NCBI GenBank assembly: GCA_964436255.1
Contig: CAYTBW010000003.1
Location: 51,019-115,018, forward strand
Source of the DNA: an uncultured Candidatus Saccharibacteria bacterium
Lineage (GTDB): Bacteria > Patescibacteriota > Saccharimonadia > CAILAD01 > JADZBC01
Length of the DNA: 64,000 nucleotides
Direction of reading: 5' to 3'
Positions within the stretch are counted from its first letter, which is position 1; each line of letters begins with the position of its first letter. Of the stretch, positions 19,422 through 29,616 are shown in pieces. A program made the translations under genes and the position numbers. Under the pieces are notes generated by a model that searched no databases, had not been told where the DNA came from, and saw only the letters and a program-made list of their open reading frames with translations.

Positions 19422-20951
19422 ATGACCCCCACTAAGAAATTCAAGCAACTAGTGTTTATTAAAGCGATGGAGATAAATGGGATATCTCCACTACCGCACT
19501 ATTTCGAGGAGATCTATACGAACCGGACAGGTATAAGAAAGCTTGGCTTACGTGGTGATGAGAATTACTTATTCCATAGTGTGAATGGGCTTGGGGCTGG
19601 CTACTACGAGCGGCATGAGATGGAGTTATCTGCTCAATCCGTCTATAAGTTTTTTCAGACAAAGCAGCACCGTGTCGACTTCTTTAAGAAGATAGAGAGG
19701 CTTCTGCAGGATCTCCATGTTTTTAGCGAGATGCTAGATGAGGAAGACCTCTCAGCGCTAAGCGACAAGCAGATAGCTCAATATTTTCTTGAGGCTAACC
19801 GTATGCATGGTAGGGCTTTTTCCCTGTACATCGTTAGCCAACCATATAGGATGGCCATTTTCGAGAAGAATCTTAGGTATGAATTGGGGAAGAGGGTTGC
19901 TGCAAGTCGCATAGACTCGTATTTGGCTGAGCTTGCGACTTCAGAGAAGCCTACGAAGGTCACTGCTGAAGAGCTTGATTGGCTTCGCTTCCTGATAAAA
20001 TACAAAACTAAGTACGGCAATAGCTTAAGTCTTTCCGGTCTTCGAGAGAGCAAGCCTGATATGTACAGTGACTTAGTTAGCCATTTCGAGAAGTATAGGA
20101 CTCTCACGCTTGGCGATGGTAATTGGACATATGATATAAAACATTACCTGAACAACTTGAAGAACGATTACCCAAAAGACCTAAAGGACCTTAAGAAGAG
20201 CCTAAATGAAAGGTCCGGCTATCCTGGCTTTGTAAAAGCTCGTCGCAATTTGCTTATAAGTGAGCTTTATCTGACTCAGGAAACCGTCGATGACCTCGCT
20301 TTTTTGGCGGACATAGGCCATACTCGCCTCGTCATGAGGATTGATGGCTGGTTGCCATTTGTATCTACGATTATTAAGTTAGACATCGAGCTTTCTAAAA
20401 GACTAGATGTGGGGGATGTACTTAACTATATGACCGAAGAAGAGCTGGTAGCCCTGGCCGAGAATGGAGATATGGTGCCCGAGAGAGAACTGCTCGCGCG
20501 GAAAAAAACTGGGGAGTTCCTCATCCTGAATGACCATGGCTCGTACAGAATTTTTTATGGCGCAGAGGCAAATAAGAAGTTTAAATCTCTAGTACCCGAG
20601 GTCGATCATGCAGCTATCACGGAGCTCAAAGGCTCAACCGCTGTAATGGGTAAAATTACAGGGAAGGCATGTGTATACCGATGGGATGATAACTTAGAGA
20701 AGAAGCTCGAAGTCATTAAGAAAAACCCAATCCTAATTACTGGTCAGACGCGACCCTCCATGATGCCTATCATCCGTCTTGCGAAGGGGATCGCCACCGA
20801 TGAGGGTGGTGTTACTTCTCACGCCGCCATAGTGTCACGGGAGCTTGGCATACCGGCAGTCATTGGTACGGTCCACGCTACTAAGGTTTTCAAGGACGGA
20901 GACCTAGTGGAGATTGATGCGGACAACGGAGTAGTGAGGAAACTGTCATGA
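19422..20951 (+). CDS. PEP-utilizing-enzyme family protein with a ~400-aa helical N-terminal domain of unknown specificity and a C-terminal swivelling phosphohistidine domain
   Basis: C-terminal …TDEGGVTSHAAIVSRELGIPAVIGT… is the PEP-utilizers signature. Confidence 0.7.
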   Translation: MTPTKKFKQLVFIKAMEINGISPLPHYFEEIYTNRTGIRKLGLRGDENYLFHSVNGLGAGYYERHEMELSAQSVYKFFQTKQHRVDFFKKIERLLQDLHVFSEMLDEEDLSALSDKQIAQYFLEANRMHGRAFSLYIVSQPYRMAIFEKNLRYELGKRVAASRIDSYLAELATSEKPTKVTAEELDWLRFLIKYKTKYGNSLSLSGLRESKPDMYSDLVSHFEKYRTLTLGDGNWTYDIKHYLNNLKNDYPKDLKDLKKSLNERSGYPGFVKARRNLLISELYLTQETVDDLAFLADIGHTRLVMRIDGWLPFVSTIIKLDIELSKRLDVGDVLNYMTEEELVALAENGDMVPERELLARKKTGEFLILNDHGSYRIFYGAEANKKFKSLVPEVDHAAITELKGSTAVMGKITGKACVYRWDDNLEKKLEVIKKNPILITGQTRPSMMPIIRLAKGIATDEGGVTSHAAIVSRELGIPAVIGTVHATKVFKDGDLVEIDADNGVVRKLS

Positions 20952-21784
20952 AATACATATCCCCATTTAGTAGGATTTCAAAGAAGGATTCCATGGTATA
21001 TGGGGGGAAGGTTGCTTCTCTCGGTGAAATGTATTCAGCTGGCATCCCGGTACCAAACGGGTTTGGGGTGTCAATTGAAGCTCATAGAGAATTGGGGGGC
21101 AAGCCCTTTACAGATGAGTTTAGGCAGGACCTCCAGAGCGCGCTTAACGAGCTGGGGCATGACCGTGTTGCAGTTCGTTCATCCGCTGTCGCAGAGGATG
21201 CAGCGGATGCTTCATGGGCTGGCCAGCTGGAGACGTATTTGAACGTCGATGCAGATGGCCTTGAAGATGCTATCAGGAAGTGCTGGAAATCTGTCGATGC
21301 AAGTCATGTTAAGGCATATGCAAAAGGTAAGAAGCTAGGTAAAGACAGTCTGCTGGTTGGCGTCGTAGTTCAAGGCATGGTGGACAGCGAGGCTTCTGGC
21401 GTTATGTTTACCGTCAACCCCGTTACTCACAGTAAGGGTGAACTCATGATTGAGGGCGCTTATGGGCTCGGAGAGACCGTAGTCCAGGGTATCGTAACTC
21501 CCGATAATTGGCTCGTTGATCGTAAGGACCATACTGTGTCGCATTTCGGTATACAGGTTAAGGAGAAGATGATGATTTTTCAGAATGGCAAGAATGTCAC
21601 GTTAGCAGTCCCTGATGCAATAGCCGATAGGGCTGTCTTGATGGAAGAGCAGGTACTTGAGCTGGCAGCGTTAGGTATTAAGATAGAGGATCATTATGGG
21701 GCTCCGCAAGATATCGAGTGGGCTCGCTCTAAGGGTGCTTTCTATATAGTACAGGCACGTCCGATCACAACTCTTGATTCTTAG
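20948..21784 (+). CDS. PPDK/PEP-synthase N-terminal ATP-grasp nucleotide-binding domain protein (stand-alone), translationally coupled to the previous gene by an ATGA overlap
   Basis: …GGKVASLGEM…GIPVPNGF…, VRSSAVAEDAADASWAGQ, …PQDIEWA…YIVQARPIT. Confidence 0.7.
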   Translation: MKYISPFSRISKKDSMVYGGKVASLGEMYSAGIPVPNGFGVSIEAHRELGGKPFTDEFRQDLQSALNELGHDRVAVRSSAVAEDAADASWAGQLETYLNVDADGLEDAIRKCWKSVDASHVKAYAKGKKLGKDSLLVGVVVQGMVDSEASGVMFTVNPVTHSKGELMIEGAYGLGETVVQGIVTPDNWLVDRKDHTVSHFGIQVKEKMMIFQNGKNVTLAVPDAIADRAVLMEEQVLELAALGIKIEDHYGAPQDIEWARSKGAFYIVQARPITTLDS

Positions 21785-21888
21785 CTTCATTCAATAACAG
21801 TGTAGGGCATGGCATGGCACGGAGGCCCTATACAGGCCGACAATTGTTCATGCTTATGCTACAATTGATAGGTAAAATGACTTAATTT

Positions 21889-22740
21889 ATGCGCGTAATT
21901 GCAAAGATTATTATTATCCTAACATCCCTGGCTCTTGTGTGCTTGGTTGGTGCGCACGTAATCACCAGTAGCGTTACGAACGAGGACTTGCTAAGCAAGC
22001 AGTTTGAGTCAGCAGGGGTGTACAGCCTGGGGGCAGAGTCCTTGCAGGAATCATTCCAGGAAAGCCTTAAGGCGGCTAACGTTTCTGACCCTGTTGTAGG
22101 CGAGATACTCGCAAAGAGTGTGACTGCAGAGGCAGTGGCGAGTGCTGCCAAACCTGTAATCGGTGAATTTACCGACTGGATAGTCGCCAAGGGCGGGGAG
22201 GAGCTAAAACTAGCCTTGGATTTGACGAGTATTAAAAGCCAGATAGTACGGGAATCAAAACTCCGGGGAAGTATCGAGACGAGCTTTGTGGTGACACGCG
22301 AAGTACCTGATAGTTTGAGTTTACTAGAGACGTCTAAAGCCGGCTCAAATTACGAAGGGCTACAGCAGGCGTACCAGCGAGCCAATGCATTAGTTCTACC
22401 TTTGCTCGTAGGCGTGTTGGCAGGGATGGGTCTGCTCGTGCTGTTGGCGTTGCGCTTGCCCCACAAGCGCTTGGCCTGGCCAGGGTGGGTGTTGATTGCT
22501 GCCGCAGTTGTGGGCATCGTTCTGGTATATGCCACCCCCACACTCCTCGCCGCAACGATACTGAAAGAAGGAGCGGTGAACGCGGAGATTAATCGGATTA
22601 GCTTAGGACTGATCCGGGCGACACTGGATGCTTCACGGCTGTATTGGTATGTTCTTGCAGCTGCAGGAGCTGGCTTATTTGCGCTATCAATACCGCTGCA
22701 GCATCGCTACAATAAGCGACAGAAGAAAGGGCGGCACTAA
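21889..22740 (+). CDS. Membrane protein of unknown function (N-terminal TM, periplasmic-like middle, 3 C-terminal TM)
   Basis: Hydropathy read from the translation. Its stop abuts the downstream kinase start. Confidence 0.4.
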   Translation: MRVIAKIIIILTSLALVCLVGAHVITSSVTNEDLLSKQFESAGVYSLGAESLQESFQESLKAANVSDPVVGEILAKSVTAEAVASAAKPVIGEFTDWIVAKGGEELKLALDLTSIKSQIVRESKLRGSIETSFVVTREVPDSLSLLETSKAGSNYEGLQQAYQRANALVLPLLVGVLAGMGLLVLLALRLPHKRLAWPGWVLIAAAVVGIVLVYATPTLLAATILKEGAVNAEINRISLGLIRATLDASRLYWYVLAAAGAGLFALSIPLQHRYNKRQKKGRH

Positions 22741-24341
22741 TGTCTTTTGATAGCTCCCAATACCTAAGAAAACTATACGACGGAACCTCGAGTAGGCTAC
22801 GCTGGCAGATTATTGCATTGGTTGCAGCAACGTATTTGTTTGTTGGGAAAAACATTGGAGCTGTTACTGCAATACTAATCGTCGCATCGGCCTATAACGC
22901 TTTTACATATACCGCGTGGGCGGCGCGGCACGACGTCATAGGGACTAAATGGTTCGATATCACCACCAACTTCACCCTGATTGCCTTACTCGTTCTATGT
23001 ACGGGAGGTCTTGCAAGCCCGTATGGGCCGCTTGTGCTCGTTATTATCCTGGTTGCTAGCTATTGGTATGGTTATACGGGCCTGGGCTATGTCATGGCTC
23101 TATTGCTCGCTTATTGGGCTCTTATGCTCTTTCAGAACCCTATCTACGACTTATCACATGCAATCTTTGGTGTGTTCTCGATTATCTTAGGGGATTATAC
23201 TGTTCGATTGGGCAAACTTACTCGTAGCGAGCAGGAGAGGATCGATCGTGACACCAACGCGTTAATGCAGCAGCGCAAGAGGCTCTTTAGTCTCGTAAAC
23301 GGCCTCTCGCAGGCAATCTTTGTTGTCGACAAGGATGGAAAGATCATTGTGTATAACGGTGCGGCCTTGGAGCTTCTAGACACTCACTACGAGATTGAAC
23401 GCCTACCTGCGGTAGAGGTCGTACACTTATGTGATGAGGCTGGCTCGCAGGTTTTCCCAATTCAGCATTCTCTTTCTTCTGGAGAAATGTTCGCGAGCAG
23501 CGACTTGAAGCTAAAGGTTAACGAGACCACAACGCTCGATGTGTATACAAGCATTACCCCTATGGTTGAGGAGGGCGAAAGAGTTGGCGCGCTATTACTC
23601 CTAAGGGATATTAGTGAGCAAAAAACGCTCGATAGCCAGAAGGATGAGTTTATTTCTATCATATCTCATGAGTTACGAACTCCAGTAGCGATCGTGGAAG
23701 CCGACTTGTCTACGCTCATGTTGCCTAAGTTCGCCCAACTACCGGAGCATGCCAGCAAACTCCTTAATAATGCCTATCAGAACCTTACTTTCTTAGCGAG
23801 TTTATTAAAGGATCTATCAAATCTGGCTAGTTCCGAGCGCAGTCTGCTCGAAACAGAGTTGGCTCCATTGGACCCTGTATCGTTTTGCCACGCGATGATC
23901 GACGGCATCCGGCCAAAAGCAGAGGAGCAGGGCTTGAAGCTCAAGTTTACTCATTCCACTGGACTCAAGAAGGTCACCACAAGCCCCCAGCGCGTAGAGG
24001 AAATACTAATGAACTTCATGACGAATGCCTTGAAATACAGCAGCCGCAAGAACTCCATCGTAGAGCTTCGTATATCTCCATCCAAGATGTATCAGGGGGG
24101 TGTCTGCTTTAGCGTAAGCGACTCTGGCATAGGTATGAAGAAGAAGGATCAGGCCCAACTATTCACTAAGTTCTTCCGCTCCGAGAACCCTCAGGCACAG
24201 GCGGTCAAGGGAACCGGCATGGGGCTGTATATATCTAAAAAGCAGGCTGATAAGATCGGCGCAACAATCAGTTTGGAAAGTACATTCGGAAAGGGTAGTG
24301 TCTTTTCACTAGACGTCCCCCGTGACGTCAAGAAGGCTTAG
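22740..24341 (+). CDS. Sensor histidine kinase: polytopic membrane N-domain, PAS-like domain, HisKA and HATPase_c
   Basis: …ISHELRTPVAIVEADLS… (H-box) and …GTGMGLYISKKQADKIGATISLESTFGKGSVFSL… (G-boxes). Confidence 0.8.
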   Translation: MSFDSSQYLRKLYDGTSSRLRWQIIALVAATYLFVGKNIGAVTAILIVASAYNAFTYTAWAARHDVIGTKWFDITTNFTLIALLVLCTGGLASPYGPLVLVIILVASYWYGYTGLGYVMALLLAYWALMLFQNPIYDLSHAIFGVFSIILGDYTVRLGKLTRSEQERIDRDTNALMQQRKRLFSLVNGLSQAIFVVDKDGKIIVYNGAALELLDTHYEIERLPAVEVVHLCDEAGSQVFPIQHSLSSGEMFASSDLKLKVNETTTLDVYTSITPMVEEGERVGALLLLRDISEQKTLDSQKDEFISIISHELRTPVAIVEADLSTLMLPKFAQLPEHASKLLNNAYQNLTFLASLLKDLSNLASSERSLLETELAPLDPVSFCHAMIDGIRPKAEEQGLKLKFTHSTGLKKVTTSPQRVEEILMNFMTNALKYSSRKNSIVELRISPSKMYQGGVCFSVSDSGIGMKKKDQAQLFTKFFRSENPQAQAVKGTGMGLYISKKQADKIGATISLESTFGKGSVFSLDVPRDVKKA

Positions 24342-26347
24342 CGTAGTTCGGTACGCTTCTGCCAACGTGGGCGGAATAATTCATAGCTAAGCATTGAGAA
24401 TGCTAGCGCCGTTAGGCTGATGAGGCTTGTTGCGGGGTAGAACAGTGCCCCCAAGAAGCCTTGTTTGCTGGTGGAGGATATCATGATCCTCGGAGCTAAG
24501 CCCGCGCAGTACGCTGCCGCCCAGAGCGTGATTGACTGAGGGCTATAGACTGCCGAAGCAAGAAGTCCGATCCCCGGAGTTACAAAAAGGAAGGCCCCAA
24601 GTGTGATAGCGCTGACGGTTAGGGGCATGTTGAATTGTAAGGCGGGATAGTAACGCTGGACATTGTCATGGGTAATGGTTTCAAAAGTAGCATGGTTTTG
24701 AGACGTTGCTACGTCACTTGCTAGGTAGAAGCTGGTTTTAAGCCCTGCCAGGCTGGCTTGACGCGCTAGCTCCATTTCGGCGATTGGGCTCTTGCGAGAG
24801 GACTTGAAGCCTCCAATTTTGTGTAGGGCCGATCGATTCATCCCAATCAGGCCGCTGTAGGCTAAGTTGATGCTCGGGTGTTTCTTTTCAACCCATCCCG
24901 CCGGATAGCAACCTAGGAGCAAGAAGTGGTTTTGGTTGAGAACAAGTTTTTGTGCTAGGGTTTTGTTCTGGTCTGCAGGCAAGAGCGAGACGAGTTGTAG
25001 GCTTTGCTTCTCCATTAGGCTAACGATTGTTGCGAGGGCATTGGGCATTAGGATGGTATCAGCGGACAGCAGAACTACTACCTCGCCTTCGGCATGGGTT
25101 AGTAGCTGTTCGGCAGCCCAAGCACTGGCTTCCCAACCCGACTCTGGCTCACTAATGTCGAGTATCCTTAGTCTTTCGTCCTGAAAACCTTGCGCTAGTT
25201 TGAGCGTGTTGTCATCAGAACCTAGGTCGGTAAACAGTACCTCTATGTCAGGATAGCTTTGTCCAAGGACGGCAAGTAGGGTCGAGTTAATGTTTGAACC
25301 CTGGTTGAGGGCATGTATTAATACACTAACCTTAGGTGGCTCGCTTATGACAGAGTTTGTTTTTGGTCTTCGTAGGGAGAGGGCGTTGTAGGTGCCGAGT
25401 AGTAGTTGAAGCAGCCCAAGCCCAATGAGGCTGTAGGCAATAATGTTGAAGCGCGCTGTACCCAGATTGAATGGATCCGCGGTGAAAAGAATGATTTGAG
25501 TTAGCCAGAAGCCCACGAGCCAATTAAGCCAGAGGAAGTTTTTCCAGCCCCTGCGGTATACATGTGCTTTGGCATCGCTTTTGTACTTGCGGAAGAATGT
25601 GACGTTGAGCGCGTAAAGGCTAAGTAGTATGCCGCACACTAGCCCTAACGGCCAGTAGAAGGCAGCCACAATAATCGAGCACGCAACGTAGAGCGCTAAA
25701 GCGTAGCTTGCCGTTCTGCGCGTGCCAAGGTAGGTGGCGATAGACTTAATCCCACCGGCTCTATCCGGGGCAATGTCTTGGATTGCTCCGAATGCCTGAC
25801 TCGCCATACCCCAAAAAGTGAAAGCAACGAGTAGGGCTAGTGGGTACGATCTTGCACCACCAAAAGCCAAGCCGAATACCATTGGTCCGACAAAGTGGAG
25901 GGCGGAGTTGACTGAGTCCAGAAAAGGAACCTCTTTGAATCGCAGGCCTTTGATGCTATAGCTAACACAAAGAAAGCTTACGAGAGCTATGACTATATTG
26001 CTTGTAGGGCTACCTTGCCATATGAAGTATGCCAAGAAGGGAATATTGAACGCTGCAATCGCATACCATAGTTGCTTTCTTTGTTGGGGCGCAACGATAC
26101 TGCCCTCAATAGACCCTTTGCGAGGGTTTTTGATGTCAGATTCGTAGTCGTAAATGTCATTGATGCCGTACATTGCGAGGTTGTATGGCCAGAGGAAGTA
26201 GGCAATACCAATCCAGAAAGACAAATCTATTCTTCCGGTTGCCAATAGATAGCCTGCTGCATATGGTGCAGCCGTATTAATCCAGCTAAATGGCCTGCTT
26301 ACTGCAAAGACCTGTTTGATGATAACTGCTAGTTTATTTACTATCAT
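24338..26347 (-). CDS. Fusion protein: N-terminal UbiA-family prenyltransferase (lycopene-elongase/CrtEb-like), central GT2 glycosyltransferase domain, C-terminal TM helices
   Basis: N-terminal …GINDIYDYESDIKNPRK… Asp-rich UbiA motif with about 8 TM. Middle domain …VSVLIHALNQGSNI…FTDLGSDDNT…LLSADTIL… is GT2 with a DxD. Confidence 0.65.
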   Translation of the reverse strand: MIVNKLAVIIKQVFAVSRPFSWINTAAPYAAGYLLATGRIDLSFWIGIAYFLWPYNLAMYGINDIYDYESDIKNPRKGSIEGSIVAPQQRKQLWYAIAAFNIPFLAYFIWQGSPTSNIVIALVSFLCVSYSIKGLRFKEVPFLDSVNSALHFVGPMVFGLAFGGARSYPLALLVAFTFWGMASQAFGAIQDIAPDRAGGIKSIATYLGTRRTASYALALYVACSIIVAAFYWPLGLVCGILLSLYALNVTFFRKYKSDAKAHVYRRGWKNFLWLNWLVGFWLTQIILFTADPFNLGTARFNIIAYSLIGLGLLQLLLGTYNALSLRRPKTNSVISEPPKVSVLIHALNQGSNINSTLLAVLGQSYPDIEVLFTDLGSDDNTLKLAQGFQDERLRILDISEPESGWEASAWAAEQLLTHAEGEVVVLLSADTILMPNALATIVSLMEKQSLQLVSLLPADQNKTLAQKLVLNQNHFLLLGCYPAGWVEKKHPSINLAYSGLIGMNRSALHKIGGFKSSRKSPIAEMELARQASLAGLKTSFYLASDVATSQNHATFETITHDNVQRYYPALQFNMPLTVSAITLGAFLFVTPGIGLLASAVYSPQSITLWAAAYCAGLAPRIMISSTSKQGFLGALFYPATSLISLTALAFSMLSYELFRPRWQKRTELR

Positions 26348-26645
26348 GGGTTGTCTCCTTTGACCTGAAATGCAGAAACAATGTGGGTGCGAGTATTACC
26401 GCAACGATGAGGTAGGAAAAATCTTCGACTGGGATCGTTCCGAGCCTGACATTGAGCGTGTAATTTGTATTGTAGCGCACAATCGGCAGTGCCGTTAAGT
26501 ACGTGTTAAATACAATCATGCAGCCAAACATAATGAGGCCGCTGGCGCGGACTAGGCGCCAGTTTACGAGCAGCGGGCGAAGCCTAAGTATGATAAGCCC
26601 TGCTGTTGCGAGGAACACCATGTTAAGCAGCACATACCTATACAT
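26334..26645 (-). CDS. Lycopene-cyclase-domain small subunit (CrtYd/CrtYf-type), 103 aa
   Basis: 3 TM and a conserved …GTIPVEDFSY… PxE(D/E) motif. It overlaps both neighbours. Confidence 0.6.
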   Translation of the reverse strand: MYRYVLLNMVFLATAGLIILRLRPLLVNWRLVRASGLIMFGCMIVFNTYLTALPIVRYNTNYTLNVRLGTIPVEDFSYLIVAVILAPTLFLHFRSKETTHDSK

Positions 26646-26982
26646 GGCTCTTGCCCCTCATTCCCGCCCATAGTCCCACTAAAGAATAGAACCAAAGGCT
26701 TGTGTAGATAAGTAGTGTCAAGAAGAGTACCTCTTCAACTGGCAAGTTGGGGGTAAATAATGACACCCCAATAACGTAAGCCTGGTTAGTAGAGAACACA
26801 CCAAGCAAGATCCCCGCGATGTCCCAAAGCAGAAAAAAAACCATGAGTGCAGCCCAGGTCTTTAGTGCTGCCCGGCGGCTCTTGAATAGAACGAGCTTAT
26901 AGCGCCAATCAGCGATGCCAACCCCCACTAAGCTTATAATGAGTATGGCCAGGTAGGCGTAGTTGAGTTGCAGTAGCATCAT
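26638..26982 (-). CDS. Lycopene-cyclase-domain small subunit (CrtYc/CrtYe-type), 114 aa
   Basis: 3 TM, …WDIAGILLGVFSTN… …NLPVEEVLF…. Confidence 0.6.
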   Translation of the reverse strand: MMLLQLNYAYLAILIISLVGVGIADWRYKLVLFKSRRAALKTWAALMVFFLLWDIAGILLGVFSTNQAYVIGVSLFTPNLPVEEVLFLTLLIYTSLWFYSLVGLWAGMRGKSHV

Positions 26983-27036
26983 ATAGGATTAAGTATACTA
27001 CTCAATTCGGCTTCAGGTGTGATAATATATGCCGTA

Positions 27037-28530
27037 ATGGCAAAAAAAATGAAAACAGCAATTATAGTTGGTGCTGGCATAGGCGGTCTAACAACCGCTG
27101 CAAGACTTTCAAAGGATGGCTACCAAGTAACCATCCTGGAGAAGGACAAGAACGTCGGTGGGCGAGCTAATGTGATCAAACAGGACGGTTACACCTTCGA
27201 TACTGGTCCGACGATCCTTATGATGACGGATGTTCTTTACGACACGTTTTCGTATTGCGGTAAGAACTTCGATGACTATATCAACCTGTCACAGCTTGAG
27301 CCGAACTATCAGGTTAAGTGGGCCGATGGCAGCGGGGTTGAAGTTTCCAGTAATCTCCCAAGGTTCGCAAAGTCGCTTGCCAAAATTGACCCAAAAGCTC
27401 CAGAGCAGTTCTACACATTCTTTGGCGAGATGGCGAAGATGTACAGAATCGGTCGGGGGAAGTTTATAGATAAAAACTTTGATAAGCTCACGGATTTTAT
27501 CAACGTTCCGGCTGGACTCGAGCTATTAAAGGGCGGGGGCCTAAAGAAGCTTTACAGCTTTGTTTCGACTTACTTTGACGATCCGCGACTTAGGATGCTT
27601 TTCAGTTTCCAGAGTATGTATTTAGGAGTTTCGCCTTACGAGGCTCCTGCGGTATACGGCATGGTGAGCTATATGGAGACAGGGCTTGGAATATGGTACC
27701 CCAAGGGAGGCATGCATAAGCTGCCAGAGGCCTTTGCGAAGCTTGTGAAAGACATGGGCGGTGAAATTCGAGTTAGTACACCGGTCCAGCAAATCCTCAT
27801 TCAAGACAAGGTGGCGTATGGGGTGAAGCTTGAGGGTGGAGAAGTATTGAAGGCAGACGTGATCGTGTGTAACGCAGACTTGCCGTACGCATACAAAAAG
27901 CTCATAGAGCCAAAAGACAGGCCGAAAGTAAAAGAAGCGCAGATGGACAAGCTCAAGCAGGCGAGTTCAGCCCTCCTATTCTACTGGGGTGTTAACGATG
28001 AGATGAAAGACATGTTGCATCATAACGTCTATTTTTCCAAAGACTTTAGGGGCAACCTCGACCAAATCTTCCACGAGAACAAGCTACCGACTGATCCGGC
28101 ATTTTACATATACATACCAACCAAAACTGATCCAAAGCTGGCTCCCAAAGGTCGACACGCCGTCTATATATTAGTACCCGTACCGAATTTAGACGCCGGC
28201 ATTAACTGGGACACGGCAACTGAAAAGATAAAGAAGCGAGTCCTGGAGCGCATGAAGAAGATTTACAAAGTCGATATTGCAGAAAAGATCGAATCAGAGG
28301 CAATATTCTCCCCGCAAGACTTTGAGACTAGGTTTAACCTAACTGATGGCACAGCATTTGGACTCAGTCATCACTTTTTCCAGTCGGGCTACTTTAGGCC
28401 TTCGAACAAGGCAAGGGGCATAGAGAGACTTTACTTTGCTGGGGCTAGCACATACCCAGGCAGCGGCGTACCAATGGTGACACTGAGTGGCAAACTTGTG
28501 GCAGAGAGGATTGCTAAGGAGCTCCAATAA
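27037..28530 (+). CDS. crtI: Phytoene desaturase (FAD-dependent). The start is uncertain between 27019, 27037 and 27049.
   Basis: N-terminal dinucleotide fold KTAIIVGAGIGGLTTA and CrtI-like length and C-terminus. Confidence 0.85.
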   Translation: MAKKMKTAIIVGAGIGGLTTAARLSKDGYQVTILEKDKNVGGRANVIKQDGYTFDTGPTILMMTDVLYDTFSYCGKNFDDYINLSQLEPNYQVKWADGSGVEVSSNLPRFAKSLAKIDPKAPEQFYTFFGEMAKMYRIGRGKFIDKNFDKLTDFINVPAGLELLKGGGLKKLYSFVSTYFDDPRLRMLFSFQSMYLGVSPYEAPAVYGMVSYMETGLGIWYPKGGMHKLPEAFAKLVKDMGGEIRVSTPVQQILIQDKVAYGVKLEGGEVLKADVIVCNADLPYAYKKLIEPKDRPKVKEAQMDKLKQASSALLFYWGVNDEMKDMLHHNVYFSKDFRGNLDQIFHENKLPTDPAFYIYIPTKTDPKLAPKGRHAVYILVPVPNLDAGINWDTATEKIKKRVLERMKKIYKVDIAEKIESEAIFSPQDFETRFNLTDGTAFGLSHHFFQSGYFRPSNKARGIERLYFAGASTYPGSGVPMVTLSGKLVAERIAKELQ

Positions 28531-29612
28531 TGACAGTAGTTGCGCCAGAACTAGACTTCTTCTCGTTAAACAAGGCAGTGAAAGCCGGCGTCGATAGTCG
28601 ACTTGAGCAGTTCTTTGCCCATAAGAAAAAGAGGGCAGCTGGAATTGATGGCCGAACAAAACGACTCGTGGAGGATATTGAGAAGGTTGTGCGTAGGGGC
28701 GGCAAACGAATCCGCCCTACTTTGGCGGTCGTGGGCTATCAGGCTGCGGGAGGCAAGGACCTAGAGCATGCCCTCGATGCGGCTGTGGCAGTTGAACTGT
28801 TACATGCCTTTATGCTCGTGCATGACGACGTCATGGATCAAGACCTTGTACGTCATGGCGGCAAGAACCTTGGTGGAATATACCGTACTAGATTCGCCAA
28901 GAGCATGGGCGAGGCAGAAGCTGCACATACTGCCGACTCAATGGCTATTTTGGCCGGAGATTTGTTAATGTCTTGGGTTTTTGAGGTGCTAGCGGTCTAC
29001 GTTAAGGACGGAGCGTTGTTAGCGCGAGTAATTGGGCAGCAGTCAGCTGTGATTTTTGACACTGCAGCAGGTCAGCAGCTTGATGTGCTTTCTGTGTTCG
29101 AGGAGCAGATGAGCGTCAAGCAGATTATGAAAATTCCACATTATAAAACGGGCCTATATTCTTTTGTGGCACCGCTCCAGTTTGGCGTATTAATCGCCGG
29201 CCAACAAGAGCTCCCTGTATTTTTTGACTACGGGATTAATCTAGGCACGGCCTTCCAGCTCATAGACGATGACTTAGGGATGTTCGGCTCGAGTAGGCAA
29301 ACAGGCAAACCGGTTCAGTCAGACTTAGAAGAAAACAAACCAACTCTTTTGCGGCACTATGGCTTCAAGCTTTGCAAGGATGGTGAACTTGGAGAACTAA
29401 AGAGCTACTTTGGTAATCAAAATTTGAAGACTACAGATGTAGCGCGAGCACGCAGAATATTGAGTGAAAGTGGCGCTCGAGCCAAGGTCCTAATCGCAGC
29501 TGAGGGTTACGGAAAGAAGGCGACCCAAGCCTTAGAGGGTAGTGGCTTGGATACTTTGACAACCAGTAGGCTTACCGATCTCGCACATTTCTGTCTTAGC
29601 CGAAAGCACTAG
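28530..29612 (+). CDS. crtE: Polyprenyl (geranylgeranyl) diphosphate synthase
   Basis: First and second Asp-rich motifs LVHDDVMDQD and FQLIDDDLGMFG. Confidence 0.8.
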   Translation: MTVVAPELDFFSLNKAVKAGVDSRLEQFFAHKKKRAAGIDGRTKRLVEDIEKVVRRGGKRIRPTLAVVGYQAAGGKDLEHALDAAVAVELLHAFMLVHDDVMDQDLVRHGGKNLGGIYRTRFAKSMGEAEAAHTADSMAILAGDLLMSWVFEVLAVYVKDGALLARVIGQQSAVIFDTAAGQQLDVLSVFEEQMSVKQIMKIPHYKTGLYSFVAPLQFGVLIAGQQELPVFFDYGINLGTAFQLIDDDLGMFGSSRQTGKPVQSDLEENKPTLLRHYGFKLCKDGELGELKSYFGNQNLKTTDVARARRILSESGARAKVLIAAEGYGKKATQALEGSGLDTLTTSRLTDLAHFCLSRKH

Positions 29613-29616
29613 TAGG

